Source: an uncultured Rhodospirillaceae bacterium
GTDB lineage: Bacteria > Pseudomonadota > Alphaproteobacteria > Micavibrionales > UBA2020
Length of the DNA stretch: 64,000 nucleotides
Direction of reading: 5' to 3'
Assembly: GCA_964476835.1 (NCBI GenBank)
Contig: CAYZCE010000002.1
Span: 100,652-164,651 of the forward strand
Shown here piece by piece: positions 20,631 to 29,421 of this stretch (position 1 is the stretch's first letter; each line of letters starts with the position of its first letter). A program made the translations under genes and the position numbers. The notes beneath the pieces were generated by a model. That model was not told the origin of the DNA. It ran no database searches and saw only the letters and a program-made list of their open reading frames with translations.

Positions 20631-21443
20631 TCAAGGCCATTTTGCTTCCGGCGGCAGGGACATCAGGATCGCTTCAGGATTCCCGCCGGTCTTGAGGCCG
20701 AACTGGGTGCCACGGTCGTAGAGCAGGTTGAACTCGGCGTAGCGGCCGCGGCGGACGAGTTGATGCTCGCGCTGCTCGGGCGTCCATGGCTTTTGCATGT
20801 GGCGGCGGACGATCCTGGGGTAGATGTCGAGGAAGGCGCGGCCGACATCTTGCGTGAAGGCGAAGTCCTTTTCGGGAGATCCGCTCTCGAGGTAATCATA
20901 GAAAATCCCGCCCACACCGCGCGCCTCGCCGCGATGCGGCAGGAAGAAATATTCGTCGCACCACTTCTTGAATTTGGGGTAATAGGTCGCGTCCGTCTTG
21001 TCGCAGGCGGCCTTGAAAGCGGCGTGGAAATCGGCGGTGTCTTCGTCGTTGGCGACCATCGGCGTCAGGTCGGCGCCGCCGCCGAACCATGCCTTGGACG
21101 TGACGATGTGGCGCGTGTTCATGTGCACCGCCGGCACCAGCGGGGAGCGCATGTGCGCGACGAGGCTGATGCCGGTCGCGAAGAAATTGCCGTCGCCCGC
21201 CGCGCCGGGGATCTGCTTGCGGAATTCTTCCGAGAACTGGCCGGAGACGGTCGAGACGTTGACGCCGACCTTCTCGAACACGTGACCCCGCATGACCGAC
21301 ATCACGCCGCCCCCGCCGCCCTCGCGCGTCCAGGCCTTGCGCTCGAATGTGGCGGCGCTGCCCATGTCGGATTCTATCGCCTCAAACGCCGCGCAGATCT
21401 GGTCGCGCAGGGAGATGAACCAGCTTTCCGCTTTTTCTTTCAT
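20631..21443 (-). CDS. hemF: Oxygen-dependent coproporphyrinogen-III oxidase (270 aa)
   Basis: [41 protein letters not shown] and [10 protein letters not shown] are HemF signature stretches. The start is taken at MKEKAESW. Confidence 0.9.
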   Translation of the reverse strand: MKEKAESWFISLRDQICAAFEAIESDMGSAATFERKAWTREGGGGGVMSVMRGHVFEKVGVNVSTVSGQFSEEFRKQIPGAAGDGNFFATGISLVAHMRSPLVPAVHMNTRHIVTSKAWFGGGADLTPMVANDEDTADFHAAFKAACDKTDATYYPKFKKWCDEYFFLPHRGEARGVGGIFYDYLESGSPEKDFAFTQDVGRAFLDIYPRIVRRHMQKPWTPEQREHQLVRRGRYAEFNLLYDRGTQFGLKTGGNPEAILMSLPPEAKWP

Positions 21444-21498
21444 GTGAGCCTCCTTGAATGGGCGATACCCTAGCACAGGGCAACCCCCGGCGCTTGAT

Positions 21499-21954
21499 TT
21501 AAGTCATGCCCGGAAAGCGGCCAACCTGTCGCAGCGCCTCGCCCAACACCAGCGTCGCGGCGACGGCCACGTTGAGCGAGCGCATCCCCGCCGCCATTGG
21601 GATGGTCACCGCCGCCTCGCAGGCATCGCGCACCGCGTCCGGCACCCCGGCGCTTTCGCGACCGGCGAGCAGGATGTCCGTGGATTCAAAGCGGAAATCG
21701 AGGAACGGCACCGCCGCCTTGGTCGACATCAGCACCAGCCTTCCCGGCTTCTGCGCCCGGAAGGCGTCCCAGCTGGCGTGGCGGGTGAGGTCGAGGCTGT
21801 CGATATAGTCCATCCCCGCCCGTTTCAGGCTTTTGTCAGAAAGCGGGAAGCCGCATGGCTCGATGATATCCATCCCCACCCCGAGGCAGGCGCAGAGCCG
21901 CATGAGGGTGCCGGTGTTCTGGGGGATGTCGGGCTGATAGAGGGCGAGGCGCAT
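21499..21954 (-). CDS. trmL: SpoU-family tRNA (cytidine/uridine-34 2'-O)-methyltransferase TrmL (151 aa)
   Basis: [46 protein letters not shown]. Confidence 0.85.
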   Translation of the reverse strand: MRLALYQPDIPQNTGTLMRLCACLGVGMDIIEPCGFPLSDKSLKRAGMDYIDSLDLTRHASWDAFRAQKPGRLVLMSTKAAVPFLDFRFESTDILLAGRESAGVPDAVRDACEAAVTIPMAAGMRSLNVAVAATLVLGEALRQVGRFPGMT

Positions 21955-22081
21955 TCTACATAATCCTCCGCGATTTTTGGCGCGGTCTCCATGTGTTCTC
22001 TTTTATTTTCTGTGGCTTGAGCGTACTATCTTCCGTCGAACAGTGTCGACTGTTTTCCACCTCGAGAGAAAGATTCAAAAT

Positions 22082-22615
22082 ATGGATTCAACGACGAAAA
22101 AGGGCGGCACGCGCCGCGATTTCCTGTACCTGACGGCAGGCGCGATGGGCGCGGTCGGCGCAGGCTCCGCTTTGTGGCCATTCGTGGACAGCATGAACCC
22201 CGCCGCCGACACGCTGGCGCTGGCGACCGCGGAAGTCGACATCAGCAAGGTCGAGGTCGGCTCCGCCATCACCGCCGTCTGGCGCGGCGCGCCGGTCTTC
22301 ATCCGCCACCGCACCGCGGACGAGATCGCGCAAGCGCGCGCCGTCAGCATGGACGAGCTGCGCGACCCGCAAACCGACGAACAACGCACCAAGAAGCCCG
22401 AATGGCTGATCGTCAAGGGCGTCTGCACGCATCTCGGCTGCATCCCGCTCGGCACCAAGCCCGGCCAGCCGCGCGGCGATTTCGGCGGCTGGTTCTGCCC
22501 CTGCCACGGCTCGCACTACGACACCGCCGGCCGCATCCGCAAGGGACCGGCGCCCAAGAACCTGCTCGTCCCCGCTTATGAATTCGTGACCGACACGCTC
22601 GTTCGCATCGGCTAA
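22082..22615 (+). CDS. petA: Ubiquinol-cytochrome c reductase Rieske iron-sulfur subunit (177 aa)
   Basis: Tat-like TRRDFLY, and Rieske boxes CTHLGC and CPCHGSHYD. Confidence 0.95.
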   Translation: MDSTTKKGGTRRDFLYLTAGAMGAVGAGSALWPFVDSMNPAADTLALATAEVDISKVEVGSAITAVWRGAPVFIRHRTADEIAQARAVSMDELRDPQTDEQRTKKPEWLIVKGVCTHLGCIPLGTKPGQPRGDFGGWFCPCHGSHYDTAGRIRKGPAPKNLLVPAYEFVTDTLVRIG

Positions 22616-22633
22616 TTTAGAGGAATAAACGCA

Positions 22634-23887
22634 ATGGCTGCTTCCAAGGAAAAATTCGACAACCAGGTCGTGCAGTGGATCAACGACCGCCTGCCGATCT
22701 TCTCGATGATGAACAACGAGTACGGCAAGTTCCCGACCCCGAAGAACTTCAACTACTTCTGGAACTTCGGCGCGATCGCGATGGCCATGCTGGGCATCAT
22801 GATCCTCTCGGGCATCTTCATGGCAATGAACTACGCGCCCAACTCCGGCCTCGCCTTCTCGAGCATCGAGCGCACCATGCGCGACGTCAACTACGGCTGG
22901 CTGCTGCGCTACATCCACATGAACGGCGCGTCTTTCTTCTTCGTCGCCGTCTACGTGCACATCTTCCGCGGCCTCTACTACGGATCGTATAAAAAGCCGC
23001 GCGAGCTGGTGTGGATCTTCGGCGTCGTCATCATGCTGCTGATGATGGCCACCGCCTTCATGGGCTACGCGCTGCCGTGGTCGCAGATGTCGGGCTGGGG
23101 CGTGACCGTCATCACCTCGCTCTTCTCCGCGATCCCGCTGGTGGGCGACAGCCTCGTCACCTGGCTGTGGGGCGGCTTCTCGGTCGACAACCCGACGCTC
23201 AACCGCTTCTTCGCGCTGCACTTCCTGCTGCCGTTCGTGATCTGCGCGGTCGTGTTCGTGCACGTCTGGGCGCTGCACGTGACCGGGTCCAACAACCCGA
23301 CCGGCGTCGAGCCGAAGTCGGAGAAGGACACCATCCCCTTCCACCCCTACTACACCACCAAGGACAGCTTCGGCACCGTTGTGTTCTTCATCGCGTTTGC
23401 GGCAGTCGTGTTCTTCGCGCCGCTCGCGCTGACCGAACCCGACCACTTCAAGATGTTCGACCCGATGCAGACGCCGCCGCACATCGTGCCGGAATGGTAC
23501 TTCCTGCCGTTCTACGCGATCCTGCGCGCCTTCACGCTCGACATCTCGATCCCCTTCACGCACATCATCCTGCTGCCGGCAAAGCTGCAGGGCGTCATCG
23601 CGATGTTCGGCTCGATCATCCTCTTGATGTTCCTGCCGTGGCTTGACACCTCGCCAGTGCGCTCCGCGCGCTACCGCCCGGTCTACAGGAAGTGCATGTA
23701 CGCGCTGGTCGTCGCGATGGTGATGCTCGGCTACGCCGGCGCCAAGCCGCCGGAAGGCCCCGCCGTCTGGCTCGGCCGCATCGGCACGCTGTATTACTTC
23801 CTGCACTTCCTGGTGCTGGTTCCCTACCTGGGCAAAAAGGAAAAGACCCTGCCCCTGCCCAAGAGCATTTCCGAGGAGAACGCCTGA
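22634..23887 (+). CDS. petB: Cytochrome b (417 aa)
   Basis: [31 protein letters not shown]. Confidence 0.95.
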   Translation: MAASKEKFDNQVVQWINDRLPIFSMMNNEYGKFPTPKNFNYFWNFGAIAMAMLGIMILSGIFMAMNYAPNSGLAFSSIERTMRDVNYGWLLRYIHMNGASFFFVAVYVHIFRGLYYGSYKKPRELVWIFGVVIMLLMMATAFMGYALPWSQMSGWGVTVITSLFSAIPLVGDSLVTWLWGGFSVDNPTLNRFFALHFLLPFVICAVVFVHVWALHVTGSNNPTGVEPKSEKDTIPFHPYYTTKDSFGTVVFFIAFAAVVFFAPLALTEPDHFKMFDPMQTPPHIVPEWYFLPFYAILRAFTLDISIPFTHIILLPAKLQGVIAMFGSIILLMFLPWLDTSPVRSARYRPVYRKCMYALVVAMVMLGYAGAKPPEGPAVWLGRIGTLYYFLHFLVLVPYLGKKEKTLPLPKSISEENA

Positions 23888-24639
23888 TGAAAAACCAAGC
23901 ATTGATCGCAGGCCTGCTCCTGACGCTCACCGCCGCACCGGCGCTGGCGAACGAAGAGGCGCTGCCGCACCAGAACTGGCCACACCAAGGCGTCTTCGGC
24001 ACCTATGACCGCGCAGCGCTGCAACGCGGCTTCCAGGTGTATAAGGAGGTCTGCGCGGCCTGCCACGCGATGCACTTCCTGTCGTACCGTGACCTGACCG
24101 CGCTCGGCTACACGGCCGACGAAGTCAAGGCCATTGCGGCCGAGAACACCGTCACCGACGGCCCCAACGACGACGGCGAGATGTTCGACCGTCCCGCCCT
24201 GCCGTCCGACCGCTTCCACTCACCGTTCAAGAACGACAAGGCCGCACGCGCCTCCAACGGCGGCGCGCTGCCGCCCGACCTCTCGCTGATCGTCAAGGCG
24301 CGCGAAGGCGGCGAAGACTACGTCTACGGCATCCTCACCGGCTTCGAGGACGCGCCCGCGGGCTTCGCGCTGCAACCCGGCATGAACTACAACAAGGTCT
24401 TCGCCGGCCACCAGATCGCGATGCCCAAGCCGCTGAACGACGGCCAGGTTTCCTATGCCGACGGCACCGCCAACACGACCGCGCAAGAAGCGCGCGACGT
24501 CGTCGAGTTCCTCGCATGGGCGGGCGAGCCGCACATGGAGCAGCGCAAGCAGATGGGCTTCAAGGTCATCCTGTTCCTGATCGCCTTCGCCGGCATCATG
24601 TACAACGCCAAGAAAAAACTGTGGTCGAAACTGAAATAA
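23887..24639 (+). CDS. petC: Cytochrome c1 (250 aa)
   Basis: Signal peptide, CAACHAM heme motif, GGALPPDLS, C-terminal TM anchor. The start overlaps the petB stop (TGATG). Confidence 0.9.
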   Translation: MKNQALIAGLLLTLTAAPALANEEALPHQNWPHQGVFGTYDRAALQRGFQVYKEVCAACHAMHFLSYRDLTALGYTADEVKAIAAENTVTDGPNDDGEMFDRPALPSDRFHSPFKNDKAARASNGGALPPDLSLIVKAREGGEDYVYGILTGFEDAPAGFALQPGMNYNKVFAGHQIAMPKPLNDGQVSYADGTANTTAQEARDVVEFLAWAGEPHMEQRKQMGFKVILFLIAFAGIMYNAKKKLWSKLK

Positions 24640-24640
24640 G

Positions 24641-26350
24641 ATGAGCGGAACCGAGATCCTGATACAGATCGCAGGCGGCGTGTGCCTGCTGCTCTGGGGC
24701 GTGCAGATGGTGTCCCAAGGCCTGAACAGGGCCTTCGGCACGATGCTGCGCCGCTTCATCTCGAACTCGACCAACAACAGCTTCAAGGCCTTCGGCGTCG
24801 GCATCTTCGTCACCGCCATCCTGCAAAGCTCGACCGCCACCTCGATGATCGTCAGCTCGTTCGCGGCGCGCAGCGTCATCACCGTCTCGGCGGCGCTGGC
24901 CGTCATGCTCGGCGCCGACGTCGGCACCACGCTGGCGGCGCAGTTCATGTCGCTGAACCTGTCGTGGATGGCGCCGGCCCTCATCATCACGGGCTATATC
25001 GTCGCCAAGTCGTTCGCCGACAGCCCGTACAAGCACGTCGGCCGCGCGCTGGTCGGCATCGCGCTCGCCCTGCTCTCGCTCAAGCTGATCTCGGGCGCGG
25101 CGGAGCCTCTCAAGCATTCCGACGCGCTGCGCGCGCTGGTCGAGCCCCTCGGCACCCAGCCGATCCTCGCGATCCTCGTCTCCGCGCTGCTGACCTGGAT
25201 GGTGCACTCCAGCCTCGGCATGGTGCTTTTGTATATGAGCTTCGTCGGTTCGGGCACCGTGCCGGTCGAACTCGGCCTCTACCTCGTGCTCGGCGCCAAC
25301 CTGGGCGGCGTGATCGCGCCCGTCGTCATGACGATGCGCGACAACCCCGCCGGCCGCCGCGTGCCGCTCGGCAACCTGCTGACGCGCGCCGTCGGCGTGG
25401 CGCTGGTCGTGCCGTTCATGGCGCACGTCATCCTGCCCGCGATCGAGAGCGTGCACCCCGACCCCGCGCGCATGCTCATCAACTTCCATACCGCCTTCAA
25501 CGTGGTGCTCGCCATGGTCTTCCTGCCCTTCGCCAAGCCGCTGACGCGGGTGAGCGAAGCCGTGCTGCCCGACCGTCCGCGCGAGGAGGATGAACTCCTG
25601 CCGCGCTACCTCGACCCCGCCGCCGTCTCCAACCCGCCCGCGGCGCTCGCCTGCGTGGTGCGCGAGACGCTGCGCGTCTGCGATATCGTGCAGCGCATGC
25701 TGCGCGACACGCTGGAATCCTTCCGCGTCAACAACCCGCGCCTCGTGCAGGCGATCCGCGAGAAGGAAACCATCGTCGATAGCCTTTATGAGTCGATCAA
25801 GATCTACCTCGCCCGCGTCGGCGTGCAGGAGCTGAGCCCGGAAGAGAGCCGCCGCTACATGCAGATCCTGACCTTCTCGACCAACCTCGAGCATGTCGGC
25901 GACATCATCGACAAGAGCCTGATGGAAATGGCGATGAAGAAGATCCGCAACCAGGACAATTTCTCCCGCCAGGGCTTCGCCGAGATCGCCGAGCTGCACG
26001 GCCTCGTCATGGAGAGCCTGCAGGTGGCCCAGAACGTCTTCATGACCGGCGACGTCGGCATGGCGCGCAAGCTGTTCCAGGGCAAGGCCGTCCTGCGCAC
26101 ACACGAGATCGACGCCGCCGAAAGCCACTTCAAGCGCCTCAGCGAAGGCATCGCCGAGACCATCGCGACCTCGAGCCTGCACCTCGACATCCTGCGCGAC
26201 CTGCGCCGCATCAACAGCTACATCTCGCTGATCGCCTACCCGATCCTCGAGGCCGCCGACGCCTTCAACCCGCACCTCAAGGCCGCGCCGGTGCGCGAGA
26301 AACTGCTGCCCGCCGCACCCGCCGAATCCCCGCTGCCGGAGAAATACTGA
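24641..26350 (+). CDS. Na/Pi-cotransporter II-related family protein with a C-terminal PhoU-like domain (569 aa)
   Basis: Duplicated QSSTATS / GANLGG-type cotransporter repeats, and C-terminal PhoU-like helices. It starts 1 nt after the petC stop. Confidence 0.8.
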   Translation: MSGTEILIQIAGGVCLLLWGVQMVSQGLNRAFGTMLRRFISNSTNNSFKAFGVGIFVTAILQSSTATSMIVSSFAARSVITVSAALAVMLGADVGTTLAAQFMSLNLSWMAPALIITGYIVAKSFADSPYKHVGRALVGIALALLSLKLISGAAEPLKHSDALRALVEPLGTQPILAILVSALLTWMVHSSLGMVLLYMSFVGSGTVPVELGLYLVLGANLGGVIAPVVMTMRDNPAGRRVPLGNLLTRAVGVALVVPFMAHVILPAIESVHPDPARMLINFHTAFNVVLAMVFLPFAKPLTRVSEAVLPDRPREEDELLPRYLDPAAVSNPPAALACVVRETLRVCDIVQRMLRDTLESFRVNNPRLVQAIREKETIVDSLYESIKIYLARVGVQELSPEESRRYMQILTFSTNLEHVGDIIDKSLMEMAMKKIRNQDNFSRQGFAEIAELHGLVMESLQVAQNVFMTGDVGMARKLFQGKAVLRTHEIDAAESHFKRLSEGIAETIATSSLHLDILRDLRRINSYISLIAYPILEAADAFNPHLKAAPVREKLLPAAPAESPLPEKY

Positions 26351-26913
26351 TGGCTCCGGCCCAGCCGAAACTCCTGCCGCCGGCGCCGCAACCGACGCAG
26401 GCGGAAATCGACATGTTCGTCGCCGCCACGCGCGACAACCGCATCGCCGAAGTGGCCGCAACGCTCAACCGTTTCGGCACAGCCATCATCGACAAGCGCG
26501 CCACCGACAAGGACACCGCACTGAGCTGGGCGGCGTGGCTCGGATATGAAGAGATGACCAAGATGCTGCTGGACCGCGGCGCCGACATCAACCTGGGCGA
26601 GCGCGAAGGCCGCACGCCGCTCCATTGCGCGGCGCAGACCAACCGCCCGAAGATCGCCGAAATCCTGATCGAACGCGGCGCGCGCCTCGATATTCGCGAC
26701 GACAGGGGCCGCACGCCGCTCCAGGTCGCCGAAGAATTCAAGCGCACCGCCATCATCGCAGCCATCCGCGCGCGCGAAGCCGCGCTTGAGCGCCGGAAGC
26801 AAGAACGGCTCCGGCAGGAAGAGGAAGCCCGGCAGGCCGTGCGGCGCGATGCCCTCCTGAAAGCCGCAAAACCCCGGCACAAACCCTTCAAGAACAAGCC
26901 GCCGAAGCCATGA
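26350..26913 (+). CDS. Ankyrin-repeat protein, paralogue 1 of 4 (187 aa); C-terminal tail PFKNKPPKP
   Basis: ANK repeats (DTALSWAAWLGYEEMTKMLLDRGADIN, GRTPLHCAAQTNRPKIAEILIERGARLD, GRTPLQVAEE). N-terminal motif QPTQAEIDMFVAA. The ATG overlaps the upstream stop (TGATG). Confidence 0.85.
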   Translation: MAPAQPKLLPPAPQPTQAEIDMFVAATRDNRIAEVAATLNRFGTAIIDKRATDKDTALSWAAWLGYEEMTKMLLDRGADINLGEREGRTPLHCAAQTNRPKIAEILIERGARLDIRDDRGRTPLQVAEEFKRTAIIAAIRAREAALERRKQERLRQEEEARQAVRRDALLKAAKPRHKPFKNKPPKP

Positions 26914-27446
26914 GCACCCAGCCCACGCAAAGCGACATCAACGCCTTCTGCACCGCCGCGCAACGCGGACAGCTTGTGGACGTGGCTGAGTTCCTGGCCA
27001 CGTTCGGCGACGCCATCGTCAACGGCATCGACAATGTCAGGAATACCGCCCTGACCTGGGCGGTGTGGAACAACCATAGGGCCGTCGTCGAGCTGCTGCT
27101 GGCCAACGGCGCGGACGTCAACCTGCCGGAAGCCTCCGGCTATACGCCGCTGCACTGCGCGGTGCAGGCGAACAAGCCGGAACTCGCCGAACTGCTGCTT
27201 GCCCACGACGCAGACATCGACAAGCGCGACAACAACAACCGCACGGCGCTGATGTTCGCCGAACAGCTCCATCGCGACGCCGTCGCCGCCGTGCTCCGCA
27301 TCCGCCCGGGCGAGCTGGAACGCCAGAAGCGCGAAAAAGAGGAGCAGGCGCGCAAGCTCGAGGAATTCAAGCAGGCGCAGATGGACAAGCTGAAGAACGC
27401 GAAGCCGAAAGGTCCCGGCTTCAAGAACAAGCCGCCGCACCCATGA
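26910..27446 (+). CDS. Ankyrin-repeat protein, paralogue 2 of 4 (178 aa); C-terminal tail GFKNKPPHP
   Basis: NTALTWAVWNNHRAVVELLLANGADVN and GYTPLHCAVQANKPELAELLLAHDADID. N-terminal motif QPTQSDINAFCTAA. ATGA overlap with paralogue 1. Confidence 0.85.
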   Translation: MSTQPTQSDINAFCTAAQRGQLVDVAEFLATFGDAIVNGIDNVRNTALTWAVWNNHRAVVELLLANGADVNLPEASGYTPLHCAVQANKPELAELLLAHDADIDKRDNNNRTALMFAEQLHRDAVAAVLRIRPGELERQKREKEEQARKLEEFKQAQMDKLKNAKPKGPGFKNKPPHP

Positions 27447-28033
27447 CCGCCCAGCCCGCATCGCCGAAACCGCAGCCGACGCAGGAAGACATCAACACCT
27501 TCTGCCTCGCCGCACGCGACAACAAGATCGCCGAGATCGCCAAGGCCATCGCCGCTTTCGGGGCCGGCATCGTCAACATGCCCGACTATCTCGGCGACAC
27601 CGCCCTCAGCTGGGCCGTGTGGGGCGCGCATATGCCATTGATGGCCTTGCTGCTCGACAACGGCGCCGACATCGACCAGCCCGAGCGCGCCGGCCAGGCG
27701 CCGCTGCACTGCGTATCGCAGGCCGTCAAGCTCAGCGATATCGAGCGGGCCCTGGTCGTCAACCTGTTGCTGGAACGCGGCGCGAGCCTCGACCCCGTCG
27801 ACCACAACGGACGCACGCCGCTGGCGCTCGCCGAGCATAACAAGTGCAAAGTCGTCGCCGACCTTCTCCGCGCGCATCAGGAGACGTTGCGCCGCCAAGC
27901 GGAAGAGGCTTGCCGGAAAGAGATGGAGCGCGCGCAAAAGGAAGACGCCGAACGGCTGGCCCGCCTGCAGTCCGTTCGCGATGCCGCGCCGCAAAAATCG
28001 CCGTTCAAGAAGAACAAGCCGCCGAAGCCATGA
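27443..28033 (+). CDS. Ankyrin-repeat protein, paralogue 3 of 4 (196 aa); C-terminal tail PFKKNKPPKP
   Basis: DTALSWAVWGAHMPLMALLLDNGADID, GQAPLHCVSQ, GRTPLALAEH. N-terminal motif QPTQEDINTFCLAA. ATGA overlap with paralogue 2. Confidence 0.85.
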   Translation: MTAQPASPKPQPTQEDINTFCLAARDNKIAEIAKAIAAFGAGIVNMPDYLGDTALSWAVWGAHMPLMALLLDNGADIDQPERAGQAPLHCVSQAVKLSDIERALVVNLLLERGASLDPVDHNGRTPLALAEHNKCKVVADLLRAHQETLRRQAEEACRKEMERAQKEDAERLARLQSVRDAAPQKSPFKKNKPPKP

Positions 28034-28581
28034 GCATCCCGCAGCCCGTCACGTCCAAGCAGCCGACGCAGGAAGACATCGACTTTTTCTGCGAAGCAGC
28101 GTTCTACGGCGAATGCGCGAAGATGGCGGAGCTGCTTGCCGAATTCGGCGGCGCGATCGTGAATGCGCGCGACAAGACCGGCGACACCGCGTTCAGCTGG
28201 GCCGTCTGGCTCGGCTTTGAAGACATGTTCGACCTGCTGCTCCGAAACGGCGCCGATATCGACCTTGCCGAAAGCACGGGGCGCACGCCGCTGCATTGCG
28301 CGATACAGTCCAACTATCCCCACCTCGTCCGCCGCCTGCTGGATCTCGGCGCGGATGCCGGCACCCCGGACGCTGACGGACTGACGCCCCTGCAAGTCGC
28401 CGAGAAGTTCAAGCGCAAGGACATCGTCGCCATCCTCGGCGCGCACGCAGCCGGGCAACAGCGCCTGAAGGAAGAAGCCGTGCATCGGGAAGAAACCGCG
28501 CGGCAGAACCGCCTCGAATCCCTGCAACAAGCCGCGCCGCGCGCCGCGCCCTTCAAGAAGAACAAGCAGCCCCGCCCATGA
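28030..28581 (+). CDS. Ankyrin-repeat protein, paralogue 4 of 4 (183 aa); C-terminal tail PFKKNKQPRP
   Basis: DTAFSWAVWLGFEDMFDLLLRNGADID, GRTPLHCAIQSNYPHLVRRLLDLGADAG, GLTPLQVAEK. N-terminal motif QPTQEDIDFFCEAA. ATGA overlap with paralogue 3. The ORF-track start at 27844 is an upstream extension. Confidence 0.85.
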   Translation: MSIPQPVTSKQPTQEDIDFFCEAAFYGECAKMAELLAEFGGAIVNARDKTGDTAFSWAVWLGFEDMFDLLLRNGADIDLAESTGRTPLHCAIQSNYPHLVRRLLDLGADAGTPDADGLTPLQVAEKFKRKDIVAILGAHAAGQQRLKEEAVHREETARQNRLESLQQAAPRAAPFKKNKQPRP

Positions 28582-29087
28582 GCACCATCCGCCGCGCCAC
28601 GATTGCCGACCTCGACGCGCTCCATGCCATCGCGCGCGACATGCGCGCGCACCACGAGCCGGGGTATTTCGAGCGCTGCCTCGCCGAAATAGCCAGCGGC
28701 AAGCGCGACGTGCTGATGATGATCGGCGATGACGGAAGCGCCGCGGGCTACGTACAGATGATCTGGCAGCCACTCTACGCGCCGTTCCGCCGCCTCGGCA
28801 TCCCCGAGATACAGGACCTCAACGTCGTGCCCGCCGCGCGGCGGCAAGGCTTCGGCGCGCAGCTGGTCGCGGCATGCGAACGTATGGCGCAAGAACGCGG
28901 ACACACATCCGTAGGCATCGGCGTCGGCCTGCACGCCGCTTTCGGCGCGGCGCAGCGCCTTTACGTGCGCGCGGGCTACATACCCGACGGCGCAGGCGTC
29001 GCCTACGACGACGACGGCGTCACCGCGCACGACGTGCGACCGATCGACGACCTGCTCACGCTCAAGCTTGTCAAGGACCTCGCTTAA
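28578..29087 (+). CDS. GNAT-family N-acetyltransferase (169 aa), last gene of the pet/ank string
   Basis: Motif A VVPAARRQGFGAQLV and the LYVRAGY tail. ATGA overlap with ank paralogue 4. Confidence 0.8.
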   Translation: MSTIRRATIADLDALHAIARDMRAHHEPGYFERCLAEIASGKRDVLMMIGDDGSAAGYVQMIWQPLYAPFRRLGIPEIQDLNVVPAARRQGFGAQLVAACERMAQERGHTSVGIGVGLHAAFGAAQRLYVRAGYIPDGAGVAYDDDGVTAHDVRPIDDLLTLKLVKDLA

Positions 29088-29159
29088 GCGATATTTAACG
29101 TCTCCTGTATGACGCTGGAAGAGTCCGGCGGGAACGATATACACAAAGGGAGTGACTGC

Positions 29160-29387
29160 ATGAAGAGAACCGTACTATTTCCGCGCCGCCTGTGCGAAAC
29201 GCTGTCGGGGAACCTCGCCTATACCGTCGGCCGCCTTGCCTTCCGTCCCGGCCGACCGATGCTGGTCGAGCATGTCGGCGGCATCTATCTCGAACACGAC
29301 CTGATGGGATCGGTCATCACGCCCGGCTACAGCGATGAATACGCGATCGTCCACGTCGGCATCGAAGATACCAACGGCTTAAGATAG
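29160..29387 (+). CDS. Hypothetical small protein (75 aa)
   Basis: ATG 29160 is preceded by a GGGAG SD. No family recognised. The ORF-track alternative start is 29109. Confidence 0.35.
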   Translation: MKRTVLFPRRLCETLSGNLAYTVGRLAFRPGRPMLVEHVGGIYLEHDLMGSVITPGYSDEYAIVHVGIEDTNGLR

Positions 29388-29421
29388 ATGTCCCGCGCGA
29401 GAGGGCTTCGGAAGGCATGAC

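Noticed and set aside
26350-28581. I considered whether the regular ~550-nt periodicity of the ank region is a CRISPR-like or satellite DNA repeat.
   Set aside because: The units are full-length coding genes with diverged sequence. Only the short junction strings are near-identical. There are no short direct repeats with unique spacers.
29109-29159. The ORF track gives a longer 92-aa version of the small hypothetical gene, starting at 29109.
   Set aside because: ATG 29160 has a GGGAG SD and ATG 29109 has none. The gene itself remains low-confidence.
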